Source: an uncultured Acidiferrobacteraceae bacterium | GTDB lineage: Bacteria > Pseudomonadota > Gammaproteobacteria > Acidiferrobacterales > SZUA-150 | Assembly (NCBI GenBank): GCA_913009895.1 | Contig: CAJVXY010000002.1 | Location: 93,279 to 157,278, forward strand | Length of the DNA: 64,000 nucleotides | Direction of reading: 5' to 3' | Shown: positions 49,375 through 59,960 of the stretch, one piece after another | Position numbering within the stretch: the first letter of the stretch is position 1 | Layout: the number at the start of each line of letters is the position of its first letter | Translations under genes and position numbers: made by a program | Notes under the pieces: generated by a model | What the model was told of the DNA's origin: nothing | Seen by the model: only the letters and a program-made list of their open reading frames with translations | Database searches by the model: none

Positions 49375-51096
49375 TCAGAAAAGAGACCAGCCTGAGTCAT
49401 TGGTGTCTTCTTTCAGGACCCTGCCGACCTCGCCTGATTTCCGGGAATCGGTTTTTGTTCCCCGGGGTGTATTCCCAGGGAGCCCTGTTTCTGTTTTAAC
49501 TTTTTGTCCATTATCAGCACTTCCGGTTTTTACATGTTTCATATTTCCGGATTTAGATTTTATTTTAAAGAAAGCGACCATTTCATTAAGCTCGTGGGAG
49601 TAGTCTTCCATTGCCCGGCTTGATGCGGCAGCCTCTTCAACCAGGGCGGCATTTTGTTGGGTCATGCTGTCCATTTGCAGGACTGCAGCATTGACCTGAT
49701 CAATTCCCGAACTTTGTTCCTTGCTTGCAGAAGATATTTCAGCAGTTAGCTTGGCAACTTTACGCACACCTCCAATTATCTCACTCAACATTTCTCCAGA
49801 CTCGTCCACTAACGTTATGCCAGTTTCAACTTTATCAGTACTATCATGTATGAGCGCTTTTATTTCTTTAGCCGCGTCTGCGCTACGTTGGGCGAGGACA
49901 CGAACTTCGCCGGCCACGACTGCAAAACCACGACCCTGTTCACCTGCCCGGGCAGCTTCTACGGCGGCATTCAGTGCCAGCAGGTTTGTCTGAAAGGCAA
50001 TGCCATCAATGGTGCTGATTATTTCTGAAATCTGGTTGCTTGATTTACTTATTTCATCCATTGCTCCTACAGTTTTTGAGATAACTTCAGCGCCCTTCAG
50101 GGCATTTTGCTGATTTAGTTGAGCAATATTTCTGGCATCTTCGGCATTCTCTGCGTTTTGTCTTACTGTCGCTGCCATTTCTTCCATTGAGGAAGAGGTT
50201 TCTTCCAGGGCCGAGGCTTGTTCTTCCGTTCTCTGGGACAGGCTATCGTTGCTTTCTGCCATATGGGTTGCACCTTCGCTAATTGAGGCGGAGCTATCTT
50301 TTACACCCAGGACAATACTTTTAATATTACCACTCATGTCATGCATTGCTGCCAACAGCTGACCAGTTTCATCTTTGGTTTCCCTGGTATCAAGCCGGAA
50401 ATCCAGGTTGCCCTGGGAAATTTTCCTGGCAGCTGATACTGCAATGGTCAATGGCGCCACAATACTTTTTGTAATATATGAGGCCAGCATGATAGCTGTG
50501 ATAATGGCCAAAATCAGCAGTGAGTAAGCGACATATACGGAAGTATCACGGGTTTTATCTGCAATTTTTTTGAACTGGTCAGCCGTGGCAGAGGCATGTT
50601 CAATTAGTTGTTTGGTGGCTTTTTTTAATTCAATTTTGTGAGCAGCTCCCCTTGACTGCATAATTTTGGCTACGTTCACCTTGTTATCGTTACGCATTGA
50701 CTCGAGAATTTCATCTCTTATGGGCGCCCAATCCTTAAAGAGTTTAATCATGTTTTGCACTTGTGATTTGTCTCCAAGAACACGATCTTGTACGGTATTC
50801 AGATCGTCCAGGATAATTTTTTCGTATTCTCTAATTTCGTCTGCGATAGTATCAATTTGAGAGGCGTCCTGATCCAGGACGACTGCTTGTATGGCATGTT
50901 CCATATTTTTGATATTGTTTTCGACTTTTAGCACAAGTGTACTGATCTTAAACGGGTGCTTGTAAAGTTTGTCAGTCAGGCTGCTGAGATTACTGATCTG
51001 GTATTGTGTAACAGCGCCAAGCAATACCATTATGAGAATCATTACCGCAAATCCTGCGCCCAGGCGGTAACCAATTTTAATGTTCTGAATATTCAT
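49375..51096 (-). CDS. Methyl-accepting chemotaxis protein (4HB-type periplasmic domain, HAMP, MA domain, C-terminal tail ending GWSLF)
   Basis: AFQTNLLALNAAVEAARAGEQGRGFAVVAGEVRVLAQRSA. The internal ATG at 51096 (MNIQNIKIGYRLGAGFAVMILIM) is the likely start, rather than 51147. Confidence 0.9.
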   Translation of the reverse strand: MNIQNIKIGYRLGAGFAVMILIMVLLGAVTQYQISNLSSLTDKLYKHPFKISTLVLKVENNIKNMEHAIQAVVLDQDASQIDTIADEIREYEKIILDDLNTVQDRVLGDKSQVQNMIKLFKDWAPIRDEILESMRNDNKVNVAKIMQSRGAAHKIELKKATKQLIEHASATADQFKKIADKTRDTSVYVAYSLLILAIITAIMLASYITKSIVAPLTIAVSAARKISQGNLDFRLDTRETKDETGQLLAAMHDMSGNIKSIVLGVKDSSASISEGATHMAESNDSLSQRTEEQASALEETSSSMEEMAATVRQNAENAEDARNIAQLNQQNALKGAEVISKTVGAMDEISKSSNQISEIISTIDGIAFQTNLLALNAAVEAARAGEQGRGFAVVAGEVRVLAQRSADAAKEIKALIHDSTDKVETGITLVDESGEMLSEIIGGVRKVAKLTAEISSASKEQSSGIDQVNAAVLQMDSMTQQNAALVEEAAASSRAMEDYSHELNEMVAFFKIKSKSGNMKHVKTGSADNGQKVKTETGLPGNTPRGTKTDSRKSGEVGRVLKEDTNDSGWSLF

Positions 51097-51534
51097 GTTG
51101 CACCCCTGGTGCTGCAGGGTAATAACGCAGCAATATGAATCTTCCATGATGATTTTGTGAAACGGGACAGCTCAAAAACAATATGTATTCGTGAGCAATA
51201 TTTACTTCTGTACTTTTAGTTAAGCAATGTTCGGGCCAAGTTCAAGCTGGCTTTGGTAAGTACCCTGGAGACAATAAATAAAATTTATAAACAAAAGGCA
51301 TGGACTTGTACCGCTAAAAGCCCATAAATTTCAATAGTATTATATGTTTGCAGTAAAATATTAGCGCATAACACTTTGAATATATTGAATTAATTAGAAT
51401 ATTTATGTCTTTAGCAAACAAACACTAACTGGCAGTTTAAACGCCATCCGGGCTGTGTTGCTATTTACTAGACAGGATAAGAGATAAGTGAAGCTTATCG
51501 GTAAATGCAGTACTTTCTTATGTTCTTTGGTTGT

Positions 51535-52383
51535 TTATTTTCGACGAGCATCGTCGCCGACAATAAAAAGCACCTTATCAAGCCAGCGATCCGGTAAGAG
51601 TTTCTTCATGGCCTGAAAAAAATAAGTCGGGAATGTAACTGAGTAGCGAATTTTCGGTTTTGGTGATTCCAGCGCATGGGTTACCCTTTTCAGGACGGAT
51701 TCCGGCGGTAAAGTAAAAGGCATTTTCCCTTTTTTGCCTTCCAGCCTTGCCTGCATGGCCAGGTAGAATTCTTTGTGGGCACTAAGTTCAGGATTAATAT
51801 TTTTTTTGTACGCGGCATAGGCGTTGTTTCGGAAACGACTGACGATGGGGCCGGGTTGCACCAGGCTGAGATAAATATTGGTGTTTCGTAATTCCAGCCG
51901 CAAGGTGTCGGTTAATCCTTCCAGTGCGTATTTACTGGCATTGTATGCGCCGCGATAGGCAAGCGAGACAAAACCTAACAAGGAACTAATTTGTATGATG
52001 CGCCCATAATTTTGTTTTCGCATGACTGGCAAAACCAGGTTGGTTAACTCCTGGGTACCAAAAACATTTGTTTCAAACTGACGGCGCAGGACATCGCGAC
52101 TTAAGTCTTCGACCGCACCTGGTTGTCCATAGGCACCGTTGTTGACAAGCGCGAATAACCTGCCATTCGTCTTTTCAAGGATGTTTGAAAGGGCTGATTT
52201 TATGGATTCAGAAGAATCCAGATCAAGTTGCAGACTTTCCAGTCCCGCTTCCTGCAGTGGTGTTATATCCTGGGCCCTGTGGACACTGGCGAATACCCGG
52301 TAACCTTTTTTCTGTAAGCCCCTGGCCAGGCATAAACCAATGCCTGATGAACAGCCTGTAATCAAGATAGATTTTTTAGTCAC
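51535..52383 (-). CDS. Short-chain dehydrogenase/reductase (SDR)
   Basis: ILITGCSSGIGL, NNGAYG and YNASKYAL. Confidence 0.85.
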   Translation of the reverse strand: MTKKSILITGCSSGIGLCLARGLQKKGYRVFASVHRAQDITPLQEAGLESLQLDLDSSESIKSALSNILEKTNGRLFALVNNGAYGQPGAVEDLSRDVLRRQFETNVFGTQELTNLVLPVMRKQNYGRIIQISSLLGFVSLAYRGAYNASKYALEGLTDTLRLELRNTNIYLSLVQPGPIVSRFRNNAYAAYKKNINPELSAHKEFYLAMQARLEGKKGKMPFTLPPESVLKRVTHALESPKPKIRYSVTFPTYFFQAMKKLLPDRWLDKVLFIVGDDARRK

Positions 52384-52561
52384 AATTATTTCCCCTGCTG
52401 CCTTAAAGTTCTATTAAATTATTCTCAGTTTCAATCTAAAACTGGGGTATATTATATGTTCTGGTATAAGCTTGGCCATATTGGATTATTATGGTGAGTT
52501 AATATGGGCTGCCAACAATGTTTATTCTATATAAATAGGGAAACAATCAGAACCAATTGAG

Positions 52562-54436
52562 ATGTCTGCATCAGAAACTAAATTGTACTGGTCTCAAAAC
52601 ATCACTGTGCCAACATCAGTTCTGGCGCGACTCAATATTTCAGCAACACTGTTTAGCGAGTTGAATGGGCTGGATATTCGCCAAAACGATTTACTGGTGG
52701 TCACACATAAAGAGGCAATCAGTGCATTGTCTAAGAATCAAGCTCAGGGCCGCTGGCTGCTTTGGAATGAGACTGATACCGTTGTTGATAATAACTTGCT
52801 GGTTTGGCCAAATCTGGTTGGCGTTGTCGATAGTAATTGTAGTGATGATACTGTTTTTATGGTGTTGCGCGGCATTTTACAACACAAGGCCGGTGATAGC
52901 GCCGACTCTCTAAAACGAATTCTTGAAGTTGGGCGAGCCCTGGCCTCGGAAAAAGATCTCGATATTTTATTTGATCTCATACTTAGTCATGCCCGCAGTC
53001 TGACAAATTCTGATGGCGCATCTATTTATACGCGAGATGCTGACGGCAAGATATTTTTACGTTACTGGCAAAACGCTTCTATTGGCCATGCCGCTGCGCC
53101 ACAAAAAATACCCGTAGGCGATGACAGTGCAGCCGGCTGTGTAGCAAGAAATGGTGAAACTCTGGATATCCCTGATGCTTATTTGATACCGGCAAATGTG
53201 CCCTACAAATTTAACCCTGCCTCAGACCAGAAAAATTGTTACCACACCCAGTCGATATTGACTGTACCCATGAAAAACAAGGCCGATGAAGTGGTGGGTG
53301 TGCTGCAGCTGATTAATAGAAAAAAAGATTCCCAGGCCACGTTAAAAACGGAAAAAGATTGTCAGAAATGTGTGATGCCATTTGAAGAGAGTGATCGCCA
53401 AGTTGCCGAAGCCCTTGCAGGGCAGGCGGGGGTGGCGCTTGAAAACAGTATTTTATATGCCGACATTGAAAAACTGTTTGAAGGTTTTATACGTGCTTCA
53501 GTCCATGCGATTGAGTCGCGGGATCCAACAACTGCGGGCCACTCTTTTCGTGTGGCCGAATTTACGGAACGATTGGCAAGGGCAGTAGATCATACGGATC
53601 AGCATAATCTCAAAAACACGTCGTTCACCAAGGATGAGCTTAGGGAAATTCGATATGCATCATTATTGCACGATTTTGGCAAGGTCGGCGTCAAGGAAGA
53701 TGTGTTGGTCAAGGCTAAAAAACTTTACCCATACCAGATGGAAGAAGTACAGCAAAGAATAAAACTTGCCCGCGTATCTGTGCAACGCAAGGCCTTTGCA
53801 CAAATGGTTGCCTTGCATGATGATAAAAAATTAAGCAGTAAGGATCGCGCCAGCAAAAGACAACAGCTCGATATGTGGCTTGTCGACCAGCTGGCAAGCC
53901 TGGATCAATATTTACAGATTGTGGTAACTGCTAATGAGCCGGCGGTGTCCCACGCCGAAGTTTCATCAGACCTGGAGAAGGTGATTAATTTCAGATTTCC
54001 CGATGAAAACGATGAGCCCATTGCGTTGCTGAATGAATTCGAATTTGCTGATTTATCGTTATCCAGGGGCAGCCTCAATAATGAGGAGCGCAGGGAAATT
54101 GAATCTCATGTGAGTCACACTTTTGATTTCTTGAGCCTGATACCCTGGACCAGAAATCTGGCCAATTTACCCGGTATTGCTTATGGCCATCATGAGAAGC
54201 TCGATGGTAGCGGTTATCCAAGAGGACTGTCGGCCAGTGAAATATCAATAGGTGCACGCATGATGACCATTTCAGACATTTATGACGCCCTGACCGCCAT
54301 GGATCGTCCTTACAAGAAGGCACTGCCGGTGGAGCGGGCACTGGATATACTGGGTTATGAGGCCAAGGAAGGAAAAATAGATACCGGGCTGCTCGATATA
54401 TTTATCCAGTCCAAAGCCTTTGCGCCAATTACTTAA
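52562..54436 (+). CDS. GAF domain-containing HD-GYP phosphodiesterase
   Basis: GAF-like middle region, then HSFRVAEF, LLHDFGKVGV and HHEKLDGSGYPRGL. Confidence 0.85.
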   Translation: MSASETKLYWSQNITVPTSVLARLNISATLFSELNGLDIRQNDLLVVTHKEAISALSKNQAQGRWLLWNETDTVVDNNLLVWPNLVGVVDSNCSDDTVFMVLRGILQHKAGDSADSLKRILEVGRALASEKDLDILFDLILSHARSLTNSDGASIYTRDADGKIFLRYWQNASIGHAAAPQKIPVGDDSAAGCVARNGETLDIPDAYLIPANVPYKFNPASDQKNCYHTQSILTVPMKNKADEVVGVLQLINRKKDSQATLKTEKDCQKCVMPFEESDRQVAEALAGQAGVALENSILYADIEKLFEGFIRASVHAIESRDPTTAGHSFRVAEFTERLARAVDHTDQHNLKNTSFTKDELREIRYASLLHDFGKVGVKEDVLVKAKKLYPYQMEEVQQRIKLARVSVQRKAFAQMVALHDDKKLSSKDRASKRQQLDMWLVDQLASLDQYLQIVVTANEPAVSHAEVSSDLEKVINFRFPDENDEPIALLNEFEFADLSLSRGSLNNEERREIESHVSHTFDFLSLIPWTRNLANLPGIAYGHHEKLDGSGYPRGLSASEISIGARMMTISDIYDALTAMDRPYKKALPVERALDILGYEAKEGKIDTGLLDIFIQSKAFAPIT

Positions 54437-54541
54437 GCTCAGCGAGTTAAAGATAACTTTTGTTAGCAGCCGACCACAGTTATAATCACGCCCGATTTTA
54501 CCATTATTTTTAAATAATAATTTTACAGGTTTTATTTTTTC

Positions 54542-55489
54542 ATGAGTAAATCACTCCGTGTTGGCGTCGTTGGTGTCGGTTACTTAGGCAAGTTTCACGC
54601 GCGCATTTATAACCGCATGGCCGATGTTGAACTGGTCGGCGTTGTCGATACAGACAAAACCACAGTTGATGCAATTGCCGAGGAATGTGGCTGTGAAGCT
54701 TTTACTGACCCGGCTGCGCTAGTGGGCAAAGTCGATGCCGTGAGCATTGTTGTGCCGACAATTTACCACCTTGACGTCGCCCGTCCGTACCTGGAGCAGG
54801 GCACCCATATGTTGATGGAAAAACCCATCGCACCGGACCTGGCAGCGGGTACCGAGCTGGTGGCACTAGCCGACAAGGCAGGGGTGACATTCCAGATAGG
54901 ACACCTGGAAAGATACAATGCCGGTGTCCAGGCGATCATTGAGCGCGCGAAGGATCCACGATTTATTGAAGTCCATCGTTTGGGTACGTTTGTGCAACGG
55001 GCAACCGATGTCGACGTGGTCACCGATCTGATGATTCATGATATCGATATTGTCATGGCCATGGTGGCTTCACCAATACGGAATATTGCAGCTGCAGGTA
55101 CATCCGTCTTAACTGATCATGTAGATATTGCCAACGCCCGACTGGAATTTGAAAACGGTGCCGTTGCCAATGTCACAGCAAGCCGGGTATCCAACAAGAA
55201 GTTTCGCCGAATTAGAGTTTTTTCCAAATCCAACTACTACGGAATGAATTACGAGGATCAGCAGCTTGAGATTGTTAGTGCAAAACAAGGCAACAAAGAA
55301 GGCGATGTGCCAGATATTATCTCGGAGACGTTGAATGTTGAAACACAGTTACCACTTGATGCGGAGCTGGCGGATTTTATTGATTCAATTCGGCAAAAAA
55401 GAAAACCAAAAGTTGATGGTGCAACCGGGCTGGAAGCCATGCGTGTGGCCCTGGCTGTGAAGGAAAAAATAGCCGCATGTCTGACGTAA
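54542..55489 (+). CDS. Gfo/Idh/MocA-family NAD-dependent sugar-nucleotide oxidoreductase (GnnA/WbpB-like)
   Basis: Rossmann N-terminus VGVVGVGYLGKFHA, EKP motif (MLMEKPIA), 315 aa, translationally coupled to a DegT aminotransferase. Confidence 0.75.
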   Translation: MSKSLRVGVVGVGYLGKFHARIYNRMADVELVGVVDTDKTTVDAIAEECGCEAFTDPAALVGKVDAVSIVVPTIYHLDVARPYLEQGTHMLMEKPIAPDLAAGTELVALADKAGVTFQIGHLERYNAGVQAIIERAKDPRFIEVHRLGTFVQRATDVDVVTDLMIHDIDIVMAMVASPIRNIAAAGTSVLTDHVDIANARLEFENGAVANVTASRVSNKKFRRIRVFSKSNYYGMNYEDQQLEIVSAKQGNKEGDVPDIISETLNVETQLPLDAELADFIDSIRQKRKPKVDGATGLEAMRVALAVKEKIAACLT

Positions 55490-56592
55490 TCGATAAAATC
55501 CCTTACCTTGATTTAACTAAAGAATTTTCCGAGCTGGAAAGTGAATGGTTCGAGCTGATCAGAGAAACTGGTGCACGAGGCAGTTTTATTCTTGGCCCGA
55601 ACGTTAAAGCCTTTGAGAAAGAAGTCGCAAATTATGTTGGTAGTAAATATGCCGTTTCGGTTGCCAATGGTACCGATGCCCTAATGCTTTCATTGCGAGG
55701 GCTGGGTATTGGGCCTGGTGATGAAGTGATTACAACGCCCTACACGTTTTTTGCCACCTCGGAATCGATTGACATGGTAGGCGCCACACCTGTATTTGCT
55801 GACATACTGCCAGATAGTTTTGTCATTGACCCGGAAAGTGTTCGCCAGAAAATCACCAAAAAAACCAAAGCAATTATGCCGGTACACTTGTTTGGTTATC
55901 CGGCCAACATGGAAGAGCTAAAAAAAATTGCCGATGAACATAATTTAAAAATTATTGAAGACTGTGCCCAGGCTTTTGGTGCCAGTAACAGTAAACATCG
56001 TGTAGGCAGCCAGGGAGACACGGGCTGTTTTAGTTTTTACCCAACCAAGGTGCTGGGCTGTTATGGTGATGGCGGTATAATTACCACCAGCGATAAAGAA
56101 CTGGTAGACCATTTGCATAAATTGCGAAATCATGGCGCAGTGAAGCCCTTTGTCCATGACGAGATCGGTACCAATAGTCGATTGGATGAGGTGCAGGCAG
56201 CATTATTACGAATCAAATTAAAACGAATAAACCAGGCAATAAATCACAGGAGTCAGGTTGCCGTCAATTACAGTGAGCAATTGCAAGATGTTTTAACCGC
56301 TGTGCCAATGGCGCCTGAAAATGGCATCCATGCCTATAACTTATATACTGTTCGCGCTAAAAATCGCGATGCCTTACGTCAACATCTCACAGATAGTAAT
56401 GTCGGTACATCACTTTGTTATCCCCAGCCATTACATTTACAGCCCGTTTATTCTGAGCTGGGTTATCAAGCAGGCGATTTGCCTGTTGCTGAAGCGGCCT
56501 GTGAAAATGCCTTATCCCTGCCAGTGTATCCCGATATGCCCAAACAACATGTCGATCATGCTTGTAAATTAATTAAAGATTTTTATAAGTAG
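55477..56592 (+). CDS. DegT/DnrJ/EryC1/StrS-family PLP aminotransferase (GnnB/WbpE-like)
   Basis: FEKEVANYVGSKYAVSVANGTDAL, IEDCAQAFGA, FSFYPTKVLGCYGDGG and NSRLDEVQAA. Confidence 0.85.
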   Translation: MSDVIDKIPYLDLTKEFSELESEWFELIRETGARGSFILGPNVKAFEKEVANYVGSKYAVSVANGTDALMLSLRGLGIGPGDEVITTPYTFFATSESIDMVGATPVFADILPDSFVIDPESVRQKITKKTKAIMPVHLFGYPANMEELKKIADEHNLKIIEDCAQAFGASNSKHRVGSQGDTGCFSFYPTKVLGCYGDGGIITTSDKELVDHLHKLRNHGAVKPFVHDEIGTNSRLDEVQAALLRIKLKRINQAINHRSQVAVNYSEQLQDVLTAVPMAPENGIHAYNLYTVRAKNRDALRQHLTDSNVGTSLCYPQPLHLQPVYSELGYQAGDLPVAEAACENALSLPVYPDMPKQHVDHACKLIKDFYK

Positions 56593-56657
56593 AATAAGGA
56601 CGTGCTCAGCCAATGCCGGCTTATCGCATTTATACTACGGAATAAAAGTATCCGAAT

Positions 56658-58685
56658 ATGAAAGATACAAAAATAATTTCAGAAGCGAATAGTTTCCGGC
56701 TTGGCTATCGTGGCGATATAGAAGGACTTCGCGCTGTGGCAGTTCTTCTGGTTATAGTAACTCATGCCGGGGTTCCCTGGATTCGGGGAGGCTTTATTGG
56801 CGTGGATGTATTTTTTGTGCTTTCAGGTTACTTGATCACTGGCCTGTTGTTGCAGGAAATCAAGGAAACGGGCGAGATTAAATTCCTGAAATTTTATGCA
56901 AGGCGGCTCAAACGTTTGTTGCCCGCGCTGTTGTTTATGGTGATTCTTACATCATTTCTTGCTGCACTATTATTTGCTCCCCTGGAACAATTAAGTCACG
57001 TAGCCGCAGCTCGTACAGCATCAGTCTGGTTTAGCAATATTTATTTCGCCATAACGAATTTTGGTTATTTTGATAAAAGCGTAGACGAGAATTTATTCTT
57101 ACATACCTGGTCACTTGGCGTGGAGGAACAATTTTATCTTGTATGGCCGGTTTTAATCATGTTCCTGCTCGGGGCTTGGAAATGGCAGGGCGTTAAACAA
57201 GATTTGTCGCGGTTGTTTTATGGAATGATCGCAACAATAGGATTATTTCTGGTGTTCTCGGTAATCTTGTCCTACACGTTGCCGTTATGGGGGTTTTATT
57301 CAATGCCATCCAGGGCATGGCAGTTTGCCCTTGGCGCTATTGTACTTCTCTGGACAACACAAAAAGGTAAAAATATTTCCAGTATTTCCAGTCTCCATAT
57401 TTCGCAAAAAACTTCACTCGTTTTTTCTATAGGCGGTTGGGCTGGAATAGTTCTTATACTGGCTTCGGCTTTTATACTTGGCCCTAACAAAACGTATCCC
57501 GGGTTATGGGCGCTAATGCCGTCCGTCGGGGCCGCACTGGTCCTGGTTGCCGGTTCAAGCGATCATTCTACAAGTATCACAAAACTCCTGTCAGTTTCCC
57601 CGATGCAATGGGTAGGCCGCCTTTCCTATTCCTGGTATTTGTGGCATTGGCCGATGTTAATTCTGGGGAGTGTTATTTTTATCAATAATGAGAACATTAA
57701 TAACGCATTTCTTATTGCTCTTTCTCTTGGGATAGCATTATTTTCCTACAAGGTAGTAGAAACGCCTATTCGACGGAGTAAATATTTATCACCCAGGATC
57801 AGGCTAACAATTACTGCATCATTAATTCTAATGTTGATAACCTTTGGACTATCGTTCACCTGGCAAAATACTGCTAACAAGTGGGCGGCATCGACAGAAC
57901 AAAAAATATATACAGATGTGCGAACTAAAGTACCTGTCATATATAAAATGGGTTGTGATGAGTGGTTTTATACTGCACGCGTACGCGTTTGCGCATTCGG
58001 AGAAAAGTCGGCCAAAAAAACGGCCATATTAATTGGTGACAGTATGATGGGGCAGTGGTTTCCAGCAATTGCCCCAATTTTCACCAAACCTGGCTGGCGA
58101 TTACTCGTGCTGACAAAATCTGCTTGTCCAATGGTCGATGAACCATTCTTTTATAAACGCATTGGCAAGGTGTATGCCATTTGTGATCAATGGCGTGGAC
58201 AGGCATTAAACGTGCTCGCATCTTTTAAGCCAGACGTGGTTATTATGGGAGGAAGCGCTTCATATGAGTACACGCGTACTCAGTGGGTTAATGGCACGAA
58301 ATCCGTGTTAGAAAAAATATCTCCTGTTGCAGGAGAAGTTTATATCCTTCGGGGAACATACATATTACCATTTGATGGTCCTGCATGTCTCGCACGTCGC
58401 GCCTGGCAAGCAAAGGGTATTTCCGCAGCAGGAGACTGTAGTGCCCCGGCGGGTAGCGAACTCTATGACGATATATTCGAATGGCTGGGTGAAGCATCTG
58501 CTGATTTTGATAACGTTAAGGTTTTAGATTTAAATTCACTGATCTGCCCAGACGGTGTTTGTTATGCTGAGCTTAATGGCGAAATCGTTTTTAGAGATTC
58601 GCAACATCTTTCTGTGGATTACACGAAAACCCTGACTGAGAAATTAGAAGGTCTTGTCCTGGGGGCTAACAAACCAACAAAGTAA
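56658..58685 (+). CDS. Acyltransferase family 3 (OafA-like) membrane protein with C-terminal SGNH domain
   Basis: RGDIEGLRAVAVLLVIVTHAG, HTWSLGVEEQFY, about 10 TM, and a C-terminal GDSMMGQW SGNH-type block. Confidence 0.8.
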   Translation: MKDTKIISEANSFRLGYRGDIEGLRAVAVLLVIVTHAGVPWIRGGFIGVDVFFVLSGYLITGLLLQEIKETGEIKFLKFYARRLKRLLPALLFMVILTSFLAALLFAPLEQLSHVAAARTASVWFSNIYFAITNFGYFDKSVDENLFLHTWSLGVEEQFYLVWPVLIMFLLGAWKWQGVKQDLSRLFYGMIATIGLFLVFSVILSYTLPLWGFYSMPSRAWQFALGAIVLLWTTQKGKNISSISSLHISQKTSLVFSIGGWAGIVLILASAFILGPNKTYPGLWALMPSVGAALVLVAGSSDHSTSITKLLSVSPMQWVGRLSYSWYLWHWPMLILGSVIFINNENINNAFLIALSLGIALFSYKVVETPIRRSKYLSPRIRLTITASLILMLITFGLSFTWQNTANKWAASTEQKIYTDVRTKVPVIYKMGCDEWFYTARVRVCAFGEKSAKKTAILIGDSMMGQWFPAIAPIFTKPGWRLLVLTKSACPMVDEPFFYKRIGKVYAICDQWRGQALNVLASFKPDVVIMGGSASYEYTRTQWVNGTKSVLEKISPVAGEVYILRGTYILPFDGPACLARRAWQAKGISAAGDCSAPAGSELYDDIFEWLGEASADFDNVKVLDLNSLICPDGVCYAELNGEIVFRDSQHLSVDYTKTLTEKLEGLVLGANKPTK

Positions 58686-58771
58686 TCCAGACCCTAATGA
58701 CCTGAAAGTAACTTACTGGAGATGCCTGTAAGTTATTTACAGAATATTAGAAAAATAATTTATTGAATGAA

Positions 58772-59116
58772 TTAAAATGTCCCATGTTTCCAGCCCCATT
58801 TTTTTCTCGGCGCATCAAGAAATTCAATGTAGGTTCTATCGCCGGAAATATTCAATTCACTTTCTGTGAGTCCACACAAAGCGTCTGAAAGTGTCGCGGT
58901 TTTATCTTCTGACAGGCCAATTGATTTAAGCTCCAGGAAGGCACAGCCTTCATCGGAGCCGGCAAACATCATGGGTTGGGGTGGCGCAAATGCAACCATG
59001 ACATAGGATTCAGGTTTGCCCAGAATCTTTGCCACCTGTGACGATGCCTTGATTAAAAATGCTTTTTGTTTGTCCTCGTTTATTTCGTGGTTGGTTCTGA
59101 CAGATAGATAGGGCAT
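58772..59116 (-). CDS. MIF/phenylpyruvate tautomerase family protein
   Basis: ATG 59116, after GGAGA, gives the Pro-1 N-terminus MPYLSVRTN, with LGKPESYVMV and an ending of GWKHGTF typical of MIF-like tautomerases. The track ORF starts 7 codons upstream. Confidence 0.7.
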   Translation of the reverse strand: MPYLSVRTNHEINEDKQKAFLIKASSQVAKILGKPESYVMVAFAPPQPMMFAGSDEGCAFLELKSIGLSEDKTATLSDALCGLTESELNISGDRTYIEFLDAPRKKWGWKHGTF

Positions 59117-59170
59117 GCTTGTCTCCATAGATACCATTATTTAGTCAGACAATGTAACTAAACCATCATT

Positions 59171-59761
59171 ATGAAACAACATGCACCTGCCTGTGATCGT
59201 AACCAGTCCTATATTCTTGAAATTCTGCAGGGCATATTACCGGGCAAAAAAAAGCTTCTGGAAATAGGTAGTGGTACCGGCCAACATGCCGCTTACCTGG
59301 CGCCACATTTCCCCGGACTGAGCTGGTATCCCTCTGACCTTGAGGAAAATCTCGCCAGTATTAATGCCTGGCGAGATGAGAGTTCTGTGACCAATGTCGA
59401 ATCTGCCAGAGCGCTTAACCTGGCAACTGGCCTGTGGCCAGTGACTTCATGTGATGCAGTTGTTTGTATTAATACGATTCACATCATTTCATGGGAGTTG
59501 GTGGAAAAACTTTTTACAGGCGTCGGAAACGTTTTATCAAAAGACGGGGTGTTTTATGTGTATGGCCCTTACGAGTATGAGAATGAATCACTTTCAGAGA
59601 GTAATGTAAATTTTAACGAATGGTTACGACAGCGTGATCCTGCCAGCGGTATCAGAAAATTTGAGAATGTAAACGAGCTGGCCAGGAAAAATGATTTGAT
59701 TTTCCAGTTTGATAAATCAATGCCAGCAAATAATCATTCGATAGTTTGGAAAAAAAATTAA
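59171..59761 (+). CDS. DUF938-family SAM-dependent methyltransferase-like protein
   Basis: HAPACDRNQSYILEIL and LEIGSGTGQHAAYL. Confidence 0.65.
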   Translation: MKQHAPACDRNQSYILEILQGILPGKKKLLEIGSGTGQHAAYLAPHFPGLSWYPSDLEENLASINAWRDESSVTNVESARALNLATGLWPVTSCDAVVCINTIHIISWELVEKLFTGVGNVLSKDGVFYVYGPYEYENESLSESNVNFNEWLRQRDPASGIRKFENVNELARKNDLIFQFDKSMPANNHSIVWKKN

Positions 59762-59850
59762 GATAAAACAACACTGCTGTCTTTAATCCAGGGTTTGATC
59801 TTTTAAAGGGTGGTACCAGGCTCCAACAGATCAACGGCTCTATTATAATT

Positions 59851-59880
59851 CCTGGATGCCGGATCAGTCCGGAATGACAG
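59851..59880. repeat. Short copy of a small inverted-repeat element (termini CTGGATnCCGG ... CCGGAATGAC)
   Basis: cCTGGATgCCGGatcagtCCGGAATGACag shares both termini with the reverse complement of 63771-63866. Confidence 0.35.
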
Positions 59881-59960
59881 CTGTAAGGTAGCGAGCGCTG
59901 CGCGCACGATGAGTTGGGCGATATGTTTTCATGTTTATCTTGCCACACTATCTCACCAAA

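Noticed and set aside
51148-51300. A sigma-28 (FliA) promoter upstream of the MCP gene.
   Set aside because: I could not find a convincing TAAA-N15-GCCGATAA match on the minus strand.
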